NCBI RefSeq assembly: GCF_037042905.1
Contig: NC_087245.1
Location: 26,476,001-26,540,000, forward strand
Source of the DNA: Lytechinus pictus
Lineage: Eukaryota
DNA: 64,000 nt
Direction of reading: 5' to 3'
Part shown: positions 35,223-50,200 of the stretch, piece by piece
How positions within the stretch are numbered: position 1 is the stretch's first letter
How the letters are laid out: the number at the start of each line of letters is the position of its first letter
The notes under the pieces: generated by a model
The model's input: only the letters and a program-made list of their open reading frames with translations
Databases searched by the model: none
What the model was told of the DNA's origin: nothing
Position numbers and translations under genes: made by a program

Positions 35223-38200
35223 CTGAGGTGGGAATAAAAATGGAATAAGTTAGCATTTAAGACACAAGTCATATTTTCCTCTTTGTCATTGTTTGTCAAG
35301 GCAGTTCATCTTGGCAAATGCTTTACCAAGATTACTTCATAACTTCAATACAAGTGTGTAAATCACAACATCATGCGTGGAGATCGATGTAAACGAACAT
35401 GCTGTGTACAGAATTACAATTCTATTGGATGAAAGAACATAAAATCAATAACTTACATACATCAATACCATGATTTAAGCATTTGTGTAGATAACATTCC
35501 ATGGGATGTTAAAAAAAAACAACTTAGAACACAACTGATATTGGTAAAAAAAAAATCATTTGTATTTTGAGCACAGTGAATGGACACCTTTTTGCAAAGC
35601 AATATCAATTGCCACAATGCCAGATGGGATATAAAATCATGCAGTTTGCATGCACAAATGATAACATGACTCATGGCAAAAAGGTGTACGAATGAGCTTT
35701 ATCCCACAAAGATATCTCAAAACAGCATTTGAAGTTCGGAAAAAAGGTTAATATACATGTTTCCTCCACACAGCAAACAAATGCAAGTGCTTTTCCAAAT
35801 TTCCAACATTCATTTGTTTTAATTTTCTTTATAGAGTAAGGATAAAGTCTCTGCTTAGCATCCGTTATCAAAACGATCCATAAATATCACTCAAAGTAGT
35901 GAACTTAACATAGCAAAAGTGAAAAAAATAAGTTCACTCTGCTTTATTAAACAACTGAAGATGATGCACAAACTTTAAATCTAAGGAAAAAGAGAGCACA
36001 AATACAAATGCATGATATCATAAAAAAGACTTGCATTTTAAAATCCCTTGAAAGATTTAGTTCAGAGTTTGTAAATATCTATCAATCATGAAGTCTCTCA
36101 AAGAGTAAGTTTTGGTGAAAAAAAATTGGAGAAAGAACTATTCTACGTTCTAATCTACAAGGAATAATTAAAAATTGTTCTGAACTTACAGAAGATATTC
36201 AATAGATTTGTACTTGGGGTCTTCGAGCAAGGCCTGGGCTATCTGTTCGGCCTGATCACTACCAAGGCTCTTCTCATTCATGTTCAAAGCAAGTCGACTG
36301 TAAGACTGTCAACAAATTGATTCAAAACTTATTTTAATATTCATCTCCAGAAGATATATTCTAACTAAGTAGGGGCAAGCTTGGCAAAAAGGACTATCCA
36401 CAAAAAGAATATCAATGGATGTTAGCTTTTATTTTGAGGGTAGACTGTTAAAACTTTGTACATGAATCTAAAAAATTGATTCGATGACAGCTCAAGACAT
36501 GTCAGTTAAAGTAGCAACCCTTTCTTGCCTAGAAAGAGTTATCTAATTTCAGACAGTATTGGCAGCATTGCCATAATTGTAATATAAAGCTGTATCTAGA
36601 AAGTCCTCAAATTTGTTAAATTTGAGAAACAATACTCGAACAGCTCACCGATTATATATTACGCAAATAAGTTTATTTGTAAAGTTTCAAAAACATTCCT
36701 TTTGAAGGAATTACCTAAAACCAACTTGGATTATTGAATTTTCAATGGGCAATTATTTAAGACCAAATGCTTTGGGCAATGAAGATATTATCAATTCTGA
36801 ATTTCGATTCATTTTTAAATTATGTTAGTTTAGACGATTTAATTCTATATGGACTCAGTAGATAAGTTAAAACCTGATGTAAGAGGAGAACACTAGGTTT
36901 TGGTAAATTCCCTCCTTGATTGTCAAAGATTATAGGAGCCAATATCAAATGTGAATAAGAGGTATGATTAACATAATTAAAAAGCAATAATATATGGTCA
37001 TTATGGATGCATAACAGTTTAAATCTAAGACAGTGCTTGAATTATATATGTATAAATATATTAGATTTAAAGAAACTGAGATTTGTTTGAGTCTGAAGGA
37101 TGCTTCATGAAAAACAAAAATTTTATAAAAGCAAAAAAAAATGCGAGATTGTCCTCAGAAAACAGGATATAGCAGAATAAACCCTCTGTGGAAACTCTAA
37201 TTCTGTACAAAGATTTAAAATAAATTCAGATAGGCTGTGGTTTGTGATCAGTCATACATGTACTCTGGACTTAATTTGAATCTTGATTACTTATTCTTAA
37301 ATCTCAAAGAATAGGAATTCAAATCTATAAACTTTAAATAAAAATCCTTAAGGTTTAACTTTAAGTGGTAGATTGATCACTGATCACAGCTGATCTGGAT
37401 TTATTTTAAATCAATGAAATTTTCTTGATTAGAGTGTGAATGCAAATTAATAGTTTGAATCTAAATGTGTTGTGCTTTGTGCCATTCTTCATTCTTGCAT
37501 GATGAATTGCATGTTTCATGCTATAAGATTATTACTAAATGCTCACAATAGGACAAGAGTGTGCATATACATAAAGAGTGCAGATGATAATTGCATGCGT
37601 GACAGAATGATACCAAATTGAAAAGGATTGATAACCAAATGAAAGCAACTCTGATAAGGTTAAATAAGTATTGAAAATTTGGATAGAAAAACAAAGTTTA
37701 AAGAAATGATGAAGATGAACTTCAATTGTTGATGAATAAGAAAGACAGTCAAAGAGAAAGAGAAAAGCGCTATTGAAAAGAATAAAACAGAAAAAAGAAT
37801 AAGATTATTCTTTCCTGTCCAGACTTGTTAAGACATTTAATTTTTCCTGTCTGAGAGCATTAGTGTAAATATACACTCTAAATTCCAAGGACTTAAGATA
37901 AATCCAGATCGGCTGTGAATAGTGACCAGCCGAATATTAGATTTAAACCTTGTTGATTCAAATATAAATCTAAAAGATTTGAATTCAAATCATTTGAGAT
38001 TAAAAGTTAATCCTTAAGATTTAAAATAAATTCAAAATTCGGCTGGTCACTATTCACAGCTGATCTGGATTTATTTTAAATCCTTGGAATTTAGAGTGCA
38101 TATCCAGAAGACTAAAATAGTTTTTTAAAAATGTCTGCAAAAGTGGTTATTTGTGTGTTAAGTTGATTTCAAACCTACAGAGTAGGCTGTCTCCTTTTAA

Positions 38201-41200
38201 AAAATCAAAACACAATAAATTTTGGAATGATGTCAAGGGTATGTAATAATTAAATTATAATCTAAATAAAAAGAAAATCTAGCTTTAAGAAGTCCTACAA
38301 AACAAAAAAGGGGTAACAGGCAATAAATGTAATGAGATCATATTGGTGATTTTGCAACAAAATGAGAAAGAATATTTCACTGGTTTGGTAACTAATTTTC
38401 ATGGCAACTTATTTTTGTTAGAGAATTTGAAAATAACAACAGTGCAATCTACACTAGTTTATCAAAAAGAAAAGACTAGGAACTGAAAAAAAATATTGAG
38501 CCTGAATAATGCACATTCAATTTACAGGTACTTAGAAAACTGACTGGATAGAATAGTGCCAGACTTTATATGTATTCAAGCTAAATTACAGCAGCAATGA
38601 TATAGCAATGTCTAATCTATATTAAAATGCTGGTAAAATATATGCGGGCACAGCTAAAGTGCACTTAGTCATATAAATAAAAATAAGCATATTGTGAAAG
38701 TGCAAGGATGAGAGATTATACTGCTTTACAAATAGCCAACATTTGATCCCTAAAATTCTTTTTAAATCCAGCCACAATATATATCATTGGCTTATGGCAC
38801 AGACAGCCTTAATAGAGTCATATCCAGAGTCTTATCATAAATCCAAATGTATTTCTTTTACATATTTTATACCGTAGTAATTTAACATGCTGGACCTTGG
38901 TGGTAGTAGATGAATTATCCATATACAACAAAATATTCAGAATATTATAAGGGGGGGGGGTGGGAATAATTCTGAAAAGATTTTGATTCATAGATTAAGG
39001 TCTATCTATATCAGAAACACAATGTTCAATACATATGCATTTTTGTAATTTATAGAAAATAGAAGATACATGTTTGATTTGCTATATTACCAGATTTACT
39101 CCCTCCAGCCTCGACTAATGTTACTAAACTTTCAGTCCTTAAGAAATCCATAATAATTCTTCCTACTAACCTTATAGTAAAGTCACACCTCATTTTGCCA
39201 TCTTAGTTTTTAAACATAGGCAGATTGTTGAAATCTTTATTAAAGATTATGATGCATTTTCCATATTATATTTGCTAACACTAATTAATCAATTCAATCT
39301 CTTGAATCCACACACAAAAAAATAATTTATTTCTTATTGTTGCTGTATTTTCTAAGAAATGTCTATAAAATCAATGACCCCCTTGACCAGAAAGCAATAA
39401 AGCAAATGAATATTTGGCAAAGCTAAAAGAAAAGAAAAATCACCTGATCATTATCAAGAGGAGATTCTTTGTTGTTAGAATGTGACTGGTCTGGAATACC
39501 TGTATTATCAGGCTTCTACCCAGATAGAATAATAGAAGATATACACATAAGAATGATACACATACACAATCAGTCATATCATCATCATTTTCAGCCTATA
39601 ATCTGCAGCCATTATCCTTGCTGTTATGAGTAAGATGTGGCAAGATAATCGTCTTTGCTGTAAGCAATGTGTCTGATGTGTTGAGACTATCTAATAGTGG
39701 ATGAGAAGGCAAAGTCAACCCTCTTATCCTTCTTTATATTTGATAAAGCTGCAGTGTCCACCTTAGATTATAGTCTACATTTTCATGAAATTTCCTAAGA
39801 GACCAAAACCAATTTCAAACAATTATTGAATATACATTTTAACATATTAGCAAGGTATTTTTAAAAAATCACATTTAATCACATACTCCTATCCCTCCAC
39901 AACAAAATCTATATTTTCTCTTTAAAATCTTGTTCAGGGAATTTGTGAAAATGATGATGATATGAACAAATAGATATATAAGGATAGATTTCATTAATAC
40001 AAAGGATCATCAGATTAATTGTGTTAATGGATGAAAAATTAGTGCATGAACTCCAGCATAACATTCTTACAGAATGAAATATAACATTAAAATTAATGTT
40101 ATATAGCACTGCCATGAGTTGTCTCTCCAGTATTACAGCCCATATCTACTGTATTTGAACTAGCGCAAATTAGACATGTCAAAGAAATTAATCCATGATT
40201 GAAGTGAGGGATTATATCCCTCAGTTTAAAATTCCAATGGTTTTTACTTTTAAGCTTATGATGAAAAGAGAGCAGTCTTTTAATCAAACCACAGATTTTG
40301 CATGACATGTAGAATATGCCTACACATCTTAATCGTTATTGCATTTGAATTAAGATTTTGATCATATCTATTCAGAGATTATCTGTTTTTCTTACAGAGA
40401 ACAGAAAAAACAGGAACATATGGTGCGTGTTTTCATAATAAAAATATCCACATAAACCTCCCAAACAAATAACATGAAAGTGAATCAGAAAGGTGCAAGG
40501 ATCACAGAAGCAAACCCCAAAAACTACCGTTAACAACCTTAATAGATTTTTATATCATACCACTTACAAGAAATTAATGTTTTTATTCTTGTTTTTTCTC
40601 TTTTTGTTTGGTTGATTCACATTATCCATAGAAAGAAAAAGTTTTGTTCTAGAAAAATTTTCGTTTTCAGAAATGAACTTGATTCCAAAGCCTTTCGTAG
40701 TAGGAACACACATTATAGGATATTTGTTTCATTTTCGAAACATAATATTCTTGGTTTGCACTCAGAATTGTTCAAAGCAAAATCATAGAGTGTTTCCTGT
40801 GAAAAAGAAAAGTTTATCAATGTCAGGTCTCTTTTCATAGCATTTGATATCAAAACTGACCCTTAACTTAAAATGATATGAATGTTATGGCCTTCTTGTT
40901 CTCAAAATGAAATTAAGGTTAGAAATGATATTGGATGCTTTATATACTTCCATGCTAGATTGTGTAATATATGATTGAAATTCAAATGAGGCTAAATTGG
41001 AACTTACTGAATCAGTTGCCTGTTCTTGAATGAAACCAGATAGCTTCAACTTCTGTTTCTCCTCATCTTCAGAATCAGAGCTAGATGAGCTGGAGTCTGA
41101 TCTATATCCATCTTCCTTCTCTTTCTTCTCTTCCTGCTCTTCATCCTTCTCCTCAGCATCCTTCTTTTCCTCTTCTTCCTTATCATTTACAGTTTCTGCA

Positions 41201-44200
41201 GCCTCCTGTTGTTCCTCCATTTCTTCTTTATCTTGACGTGAATCATTAATATTTTCCTCATTCTCCTCCTTTTTCTGTGCACTTTCTTCTTCTGTTATTC
41301 CTTGTTCTGACTCTCTATCTTGGTTGTCCTGGGTTGGTTCATCGACAGGAGCATCTACAGTATCCTCAAGAGGCACTTCTTGATGCACCTCACTGTCCTG
41401 AGCCTCTTGGGGAGCAACTTCATCTGCTGGATCTGCCTCATCTTTTGGACCTTCTTCATGGGGTTCACCTTTCTGTTGAGTCTCTACAGGACCTTCTGAC
41501 TGAATGTCCTGTGACTGTTCAACAACATCTTCCTGTTCAACTTCAGGGACTTCCTGTTCTTCTGGTATAGGATCTTCCCTTTCAGTAGTTGCTTCATCAC
41601 CTGCCTCATCATGTTCTTGTCCAGGAGCACTATACATAGTTTCCTGAGGATATTCCTTTTCATCTTTTTGCTGAGCCTCTGAGGCATCATCTTTTGGCTC
41701 TTCCAACTGCTCTATCTCAGGCTCAACAGGACTCTGGACTGGCATGTCCTCATCTTGTACACTCTGGGTATCCTTCTCAGCATCCTCGGCATTACCTGCA
41801 TCATCATCCTGTGGGCTGACTTCCTCCTTCTCCTCTTCTTCTTCAACCTGATCTCTTTCAATCTGTGCTTCCTGCTCCAAGGTATTTTCATCCAGGGTCT
41901 GTTCCTCGGCTTGATCAGCATCATCCTCATCATTCTCTCTAACCAAGGTAGCTTCATGGACAAGAACAGCTTCTTGAGGAGGAGGATCCACTTCCATTTC
42001 TGCAGTAACCTCTTGAGTAAGACTCTCTTCGAGCACTTCTTCCGTCTCCTCCACCTCATCTCTGGCACTCTGGCCGATGTCCCTATCTGAGTCTTCATCT
42101 TCCTTGACCTCAGCTTTGTCTTCCTTTTCATCTTCAACTTTTTCATCATCTGAATCTTTCAAAGTCTGTCTCTCAGCCTTCTCTCCCTTTTCATCCTCAT
42201 CAGCAGAGCTTGAAATCTTGAAATCAGCTTCAGATTCTGTATAGTTTCTTTGACCCTCCAACAGACTCTTCTTATCCTCGTCTTCTTCGTCGGAAGACAA
42301 GAGCCGGTTATCTCCCTCAGATGCACTAAACAGACTCCTCTCCTCCTCTTTGTCATCTTCTTTTTCTTCTGGTTCATCTTTTACTTCTTCCTCATCTTCT
42401 TTTTGAAAATTCTCCTCCACTTCTTCAACGACACTCTTGTTTTGTTCACTGTCTGAGCCATATTTTTCTTCTTGAACCACCTCTTCTTCTTCTTTCTCCT
42501 CTTCTACTTCTTTTTCAGATTCCACCTCAAGGTCACTTTTCTCACCATCATCCTCTTCAACTTCCTCTACAACAACTTCTTTCTGCTCTTCTTTTTCTTC
42601 CTCTTCTTTTTCAGATTCCACCTCAAAATCAGAATCGCCATAATTGTCTTCCGTCTTCTTGTCTTCTGCATGAATAGACTCTTTTTCACTCTCCACTTCT
42701 GATGAGAAGCCATCTGATTCATAATCTGTAAGATGATGATTAAAAAAAGGGGAAAGTGGAAAAGGATATTGAATGACCAAAATGGTACTAATTAGTATCG
42801 AAAGACATAAGTAACAGTAACCAGTAATTCAATACTGTTACCGTCATCATAAAAAATTATTACCACTGCACGCTGTGCATTTATCATCGACAACATTATT
42901 ACCAATATCATCATTATCAACAGTCATAATTACACTTGCAACTGCACTGCTCACCACTACCATTACCATCATCATTATCATCATCATCATAGTCATCATC
43001 ATCATCATCAGCATCACAATCATCAAAAAGGACTGTTATGAATGTACTATCATCATTATGCACTTCGACAGCAATCGGGGGGGGGGGGGGGAGGGGGACA
43101 TGTCTCGCCCTTAAATTTTGTACAACACTCTATGGGAGGTAATTCCCCCCCCCCCCCCACCAAAGGAACCCAAAATCTTAAGAAACGGCCATGCATAATT
43201 ATGCGTCATTATCCTTAATCAAATCATTCTCACAAGCAACAACTTACCTAAATAAAATCTCAAGTGGGTACACATCTTGGTTGTGAAATTCTTATCTTGA
43301 GAGGAAATGTGTATTACCACAGTTTTTATATAGGCAACACTGTCTTTCATCATTCATTTAGTTTGATTTTTTCTTTACATTGTGCAAAAAAGAAAAAGGT
43401 ACAAAAACAAAACACCTTAAATGTTTAATCTGATGAATAACCAAAGAAAGCATCGGCCAAACAAGTTGGAAAAGTGCAATTTCACCACAAGTCTTGGTGT
43501 TAACTTTTGACGGGGTAATTAGATTTCAGCATTTGGCCCCAGTTGTGTATCTTCTTAGGCATGCAATTTATACCAAGTACCTCAATATGAAGAATAGAGT
43601 AGAGCACCTCTGCTAAAATAATATTATTTTGCACTCACCTTTCTCCTTCTCTTTATCTTCATCATCTTTTTGCTCTTCATCTTCTTCAAACTCATCGTCC
43701 TCGTAACCATCATTTGCTGCAAACCAAAATCACAAGGATATACTGTTTACAGTGTTCATAGCAAATGTAATTTTTAACACTGCACATTTCCTCAGTGGTA
43801 ATTTGAACTACAGTACTGTATTCATCACCAAGCTGTTTTACAGTGGGGTGGGGTGGGGTCCAATGCATGGTTCTGGCAACTATTCCACAAGAGTACTTAC
43901 ACATTAAACCATAATATTTCATATTGGTTAACTTTTAGTTTTGTTAGAAATCCATTGACTTAGAATTCCCAATTACATCCCCCTCTCTTCCTCCATCTAT
44001 ACGCCTCCCTCCCTCTCACCTTCTCACCTTCTCACATTCCCCCATTAAATCTTTTCATATATTTCTCCCTCCCCCTTTCTTTCTCTCACTCCTCTCTCTT
44101 TCTGCTTTCTCCCCCTCCTCTCTCACCACTGGCGTAAATCCTTGCGTTACACCTATTGTCGGGGGGGGGGGGGTGATCTAATGTTCACAGTGACATCATA

Positions 44201-47200
44201 CAATGAAAGTATCCGGCCCATGCATAAACATAATAGAGCCGCTTTGTCCCCAGACCATTGGGCCGGAGAAATGCATTCAATTCGGATATGTTGGATCCGC
44301 GCTTGATTGTTCCACCCCCCCCCCCCCCGAAGAAAAGGTGTGACGCAAGGATTTATGCCAGTATCTCTCGCATATACATGTACATTAGGCTTACTCCTTT
44401 TTATCGCCATTTTCACTATTAAGGTTGCAGTATTCATCATGCCCACCTATATAATGCCAGGAATAAACATGATACAAGTAGTCTACAGTCACCCTTCTCT
44501 CTGACACACTCTAGCTAACGTAACAGCAACCAACCTGTGGAATAAACTCCCATCTGAACTTGGAACAGTGCCAATCACTATTACACTTTTGATATAACCT
44601 TGAAAACCATCTCCTTAGATATTCATCTTATTTTGTATGATTATCTAAAGTACATGTCTTTGTTATTTGTTTCATTTTTGTGTATTGTATCTTTCTTTGT
44701 TGTCAATGACTACAGTGCAAGATTATTTGTATACCCTTATTTTTATCTCATCACATATTTACAATTTTTTTAATACATAACCATAACAAATAATACCCTA
44801 TTTAAAAAGCAGTAACTGATAATCATTAAAAAAAAGTTACTAAAATTCATCAATACAAATTTGTGAAAAAATGAATAAAGTATGTAAAGATTGTTTTAAA
44901 TGAGGCAAACAATAAACCACATATGTAAAAGTGAACTAAATGTATCAGGGTTTTATTACGCCATCGTAATATGCAAATGAGACTTTCTTCATGGAATTTG
45001 TAATGTTTCGTGATATATTTTTTGGGGGAAAATGGTTGTCATATTCAGTTTTCAAATCTGAAGCCCTACACCAAAGTTTTGTTCAATTCTAACTTGCATC
45101 TTATAGATTAAACCTTTCTAATAAAAAAAAAACAAATTTGTCCTAAACCTCCAAACTGGTTGAAAGAAAACTACAGTCATTTTTTTTTCAAGGGAGGGGA
45201 TACTGGGCAAAATATAAATGAATAATTGTTAACCTTACACAATATAGTTGAATGAACATACATGTAAGTGGTGACTTCAGTAAATATGAAATGAAATTTA
45301 ACCCATAAAGGTGCAGAAGATGTACATGTAAGTTCATAATTAATCTGCTTTGGCTCTGCAGATTGGCAACAGTCATAATTTTCTACTAATTTTAGTGAAA
45401 GAAAATAAATATGAATGTACATAAGTCAGAATGAATAATAGTAAACTTGTAATCGGATTTGCCAATTTGCACTCTTAAATAGTCATTTTGTCATTTTCAT
45501 TGCATTGCCAATTCAGAATGTGTCGTGTTAATTATAGCTTTTATTCAGGAAAACTACCATATAGTGCATTGGAATCACACCAATTTTTTCAGTACATTTT
45601 TCATATTTTAGTCATATTTCATGTGATTGCTAGAATTCCAAATACAGGGAAACTGCAAAAACATCAGATATGGGTTAATGTTTGCATGAGCTTTGCTTGA
45701 CAATGATAAGTGTTTTTTTTTTTTTTTCCAATTAAGAACATTAGGAGCAAACATTGTGGAATATAAATTCTGCAATTTGATCACAAAAAAGTGCAAAAGG
45801 TTAATATTGGTTTGATGACAGTTTAAAGAGGGGAAAGTTAACACTGAAATCAAGTTGGTTAAAGTATAATAGAGAGATGTCAAATAAAGAAATTACCAAA
45901 GGAAAACAGAGGGCTTTTTAAAATGATTTATGAAGTTTTTTTTAATTTTTGTGATACCACATGGAAGCAGGCCCCCCCCCCCATTCATTCATATCATCTT
46001 CTAATATAAATCTTCTTTAAAAAAAAAATGAAATGCAAAATGTGTGAATTCTATATTTTTACCATTGGACAATTTGAAAAATATATGATTCATGATTACA
46101 TAATGTATTTAAAGGACAAGTCTACCCCAACAAAAAGCTGGTTTGAATAAAAAGAGAAAAATCTAACAAGCAAACACTGAAAATTTCATCAAAATCGGAT
46201 ATAAAATAAGAAAGTTATGACATTTTAAAGTTTCGCTTAATTTCCCAAAACAGTTATATGCACATCCTGGTTGATATGCAAATGAGGGGACTGATGATGT
46301 CACCCACTCACTATTTCTTTTGTATGTTATTATATAAAATAAGAAATATTCTGATTTTCTCCCCCTTGTCATGTGAAATCGAGTTTTGTTCCTTCCTGAA
46401 CATGTGGAATGAACATTGTTTAACATTATGTGGTTCGGTTAAATGTCCAATTGGTAAAAATTGAAATATTGTATAATTCAAACAATAAAAAACAAAAGAA
46501 ATAGTGGGTGATGGACATCATTGACTCTCTCATTTGCATGTCACTGAGTTGTGCATATAACTGTTTTGTGCAAAATAAGCAAAATTTTAAAATGGCATAA
46601 CTTTCTTATTTTATATCCGATTTTGATGAGGTTTTCAGCATTATGCTTGGTTGATTTTTCTCTATTGATTCAAATCAACATTTTTATGGGGTGGACTTGA
46701 CCTATAAAGGAGTATTTTGAATTATGAAATTTACATCACAGAACATGAGGGAACTACTGAGATGTGATATCACAATATTAAATTCATATCTCTCTATAAT
46801 AGTTTTTGATGGCTTTCATCAAGCCTTCATCAATGTGTGGTTTTTTTTTCATTTTTTCTGTTTTTTACTATAACCAAATTGATTTAAAGGTGAACTTCCC
46901 CTGTGAAATACACATTAAAAGGAGAAAAAAAAGATAAATTGTGTTATGTAATGAATACACAAACACAGTATAATACAGTTTGAGATGAAGTGTTTATTCA
47001 CAAGCAATTTGATTAAATATAGACAAGATAAAAGTGAGAGTAAAGAACAGTGCAAAAAATATCACAAATGATGATCAAAACAAAAGTAAGGAAAAGATAG
47101 ACCCATTATATCTTTTCAAATATATTAAGTTTGAAAAAAGTACAGTGTTAATAACACACAGATAGAACTTTGATACAATTCACATCAATAAGAGTTTCAG

Positions 47201-50200
47201 CTTGAAAGGAAATGGAAAGTTATACAGACAAAATTCTCAAAGCATAGATCCTATTATGTTATGGCCTGTTTTAGTTTTATAATGAAATGATAGAGTATAT
47301 AACAATTATGAACAGAATGGACTAATAAAGTGCTGTTAGAGAATAGTGCAACTGTTATATATACCACTATAACCAGGTATTAATTGGATTTGATATCAGC
47401 TGCTGAATCAATAAATAATATCATGTCAATTAAAAATTTTAAAGCTTTCAAAAGCCAGAGATATGTACAAACATGAAACAAGTAGAAGTAGAAGTTGATC
47501 CATCTGATAGAGTTTGAGTCATAGTGCGAATGAAAGTGGGATGGACAGAATAGGAGAACGTCTCTAAATACAAAACATCTGGCAATCACCTTTTGCAGGC
47601 AGTGGCATGAAAATTTTAAGTACAAAGTATTGATGACACAATAAGATTAATAAATCAGAGGTTTTTCTATAGAAAATTGCAGACCTATGTTTTGTCTGAA
47701 AGCACTTTTTTTTCCAGTTCTAAAGTCTGTTCATGGTGGGGTGGGAGCTATCATTTTTCTATAAATTTTCAAGAAATTACATGTATGTATGAAATGACAC
47801 CACAAAGTTATCTACATATCCAAAAACATGTCAAGTATACCATTCACAGATTCAATTGAAACACAAACTAATGTCCACTCAGTGATAATATACACAAAGT
47901 GAAGAGTGGATGAAAATGACATCAATATTATAGAAACAATTAACAAAGAATTTTAAAGATATATATTTAAGTCCCACATCCAGCACTCCTTGTGCACTGC
48001 TTATTACAATTTGAAAATTTTAAAGCATCTATAACTGTATTTCATCAAAATGTCTAGAAAAACAACTGAAATCATGAAAATAAAACTGTTTTCCAAAAAC
48101 CAAATACAAATTCTTTTTATACAGAAGATTAATTATCATAGCAAGCATGTGTGTCATATTTCAAAACATGGACTGTTTGAAATTCACATCACAAAAATGA
48201 ATGCTCATTGTTCAGAGTAGCAGCAAGAGGGTGATCACAGATATTATAAAGCTAAAAGAGACTTTCAGATTTAAAGATGAAATATAGATGTTGGCAAAGT
48301 GAAATTAATATAAGGTGATTGCAGTTCAAAAGGTAAGAGCACATAGAGATACACTGTAGGTATTTTTCATTGTAATAATGCAAATAAATGAACAGATACA
48401 GAAATAGACCGATGGATGAAAGAAATTGTTATGAATGATACACATTGATAGTAAGACATCTCTGTGTACATGGGATTGTATCATTTTACTCTCAACAACT
48501 CTCTCTCTGTTTTTTTTTTGGGGGGGGGGTGGAGGGGTTTTAATGGGTGTAATTTCATTAGTATCCATTCAGCACACAACCTATTTGTCCAGTCCATTTC
48601 TAAGCCTCTATTATAAACAAAATATTTTAGTTGCTTTTCAATCCCAATGTCTGAAAAGAAAGTTATAAAAAATAATAATAAAAGAATGATGCTGAAATTG
48701 TCAGTTTGTGGAAGCATCATAAAAAATCAAAGTACTTTTTGAAAACATTTTGTGTAAAAACACATACATGCACTTTTGGCTGGAAATAAACAGACTACTA
48801 TATACTGTTGGAAGGTTTATCAATATCAATACAGGCCTTGTTTTGTCAGCGATGATAATCCTGTAGCAATTGTCAGTATTTTTTTTCTTTTTCTTTGTTT
48901 CTATCAGTAATCCACCTTCATTAACGAAGACTTGGTTTCCAGAAATAGACTTTGCTTGTCAAACTGAAGACTAATGAGGTCTTTTCATCATCATGCTGTC
49001 ACGTAATGCTCTCATTCTTTTTTTCTTCTTAATTATCTTTCCTTTCCTGATGCCTAGGGAACTGCATGGGTTCATTAATCATTGCACTGTATGTTCTAAA
49101 TTGGGAATGTTGAATGTACCTTGAACTGTGTGAAGTAGGTTGTTTGTTTCTACGACAGACAAATACTTCATTTTCAAAGGCTTGTAAACTTAGCTTTTCA
49201 AAATGCATGGAATTTAGCTTTTGGCACAAAACATGTGTACAATATGGCTGCAAAACAACATGCGTTGTTGGAACAGTTTTGATTCTTTGATTTCCATGTA
49301 TGTAGATTATGGATTTAGTTTGAACTACATGCATTAACTAATGCCCACATGTTACGCAGCTTCAGTAATTAATTTTTTCAAGAGGGGATACATTTTCTCC
49401 TCATTTTAATTTTTCATATTTGCAATTAAAGGATTTTGCATCCGATTGTGTGGACAGGGACAAACAAATAAATGTACATTGGATGTCTATGTGTTGTATG
49501 CTATTGAATGATGTGATACCTTATATCACACATCAACTGCATCAGTTTGCAATACAATTACATACATTAAAAGCTCATTGTGGCCTTTCTGACACCCCCC
49601 AATTAACTTTGCATTACTACGCAAACATGAAGTTTGATTTGGGTATGAGGTATGGTGGTAATGGCGGTGATTACATTTTACCTGATTGCTAAGAAAGGAT
49701 GAATGCTTCTAATCAAGCAAGCACAGGACCAAAGGTCTACAGTCCTCTCCAAGGGACCTAATAATGAGGATAAATGCCTTATTAAAGGGCACTAGTTCAG
49801 CGAAAGGGAATCGAACCCGGGTCATTGGAATCCAAAACCCCGCTCTATACTGCTAAATAATTCAAAACAGTGAAACTCATTTGAGACAAACTAATGAGAG
49901 ATTTACGAGGACATAAAGAAACACAGAACACATGTTAGAGAACATGCAGACAAGACAGGCAAGATTGTTACAATATACAAAACAAAGAGCTTGGGAAAGT
50001 GCAGCATACTTTGACTAATGATATATGAAATTAATTATGAGCAAGTGCCATCAAAATAAATGCTTGAGTGTTGGTACAGGAAGGCAAAGTGATTTTAGAT
50101 CTATTAATAAAACATGCACGTGAACGTCAATACTATTGCACATATGAAGCAAAATTAATAATGAAAATGAAATGTCACTAAAACATGAAATTTCTATATG

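Noticed and set aside
39444..39500. Possible extra minus-strand mini-exon between the acidic and LRR exons
   Set aside because: AG/GT present but no recognisable homology, and not needed for phase continuity.
41030..42702. Several overlapping ORFs in other frames and on the other strand
   Set aside because: Artefacts of the low-complexity Glu-rich exon.
49795..49850. tRNA-like B-box/T-arm sequence
   Set aside because: No complete cloverleaf; it continues into a SINE body.
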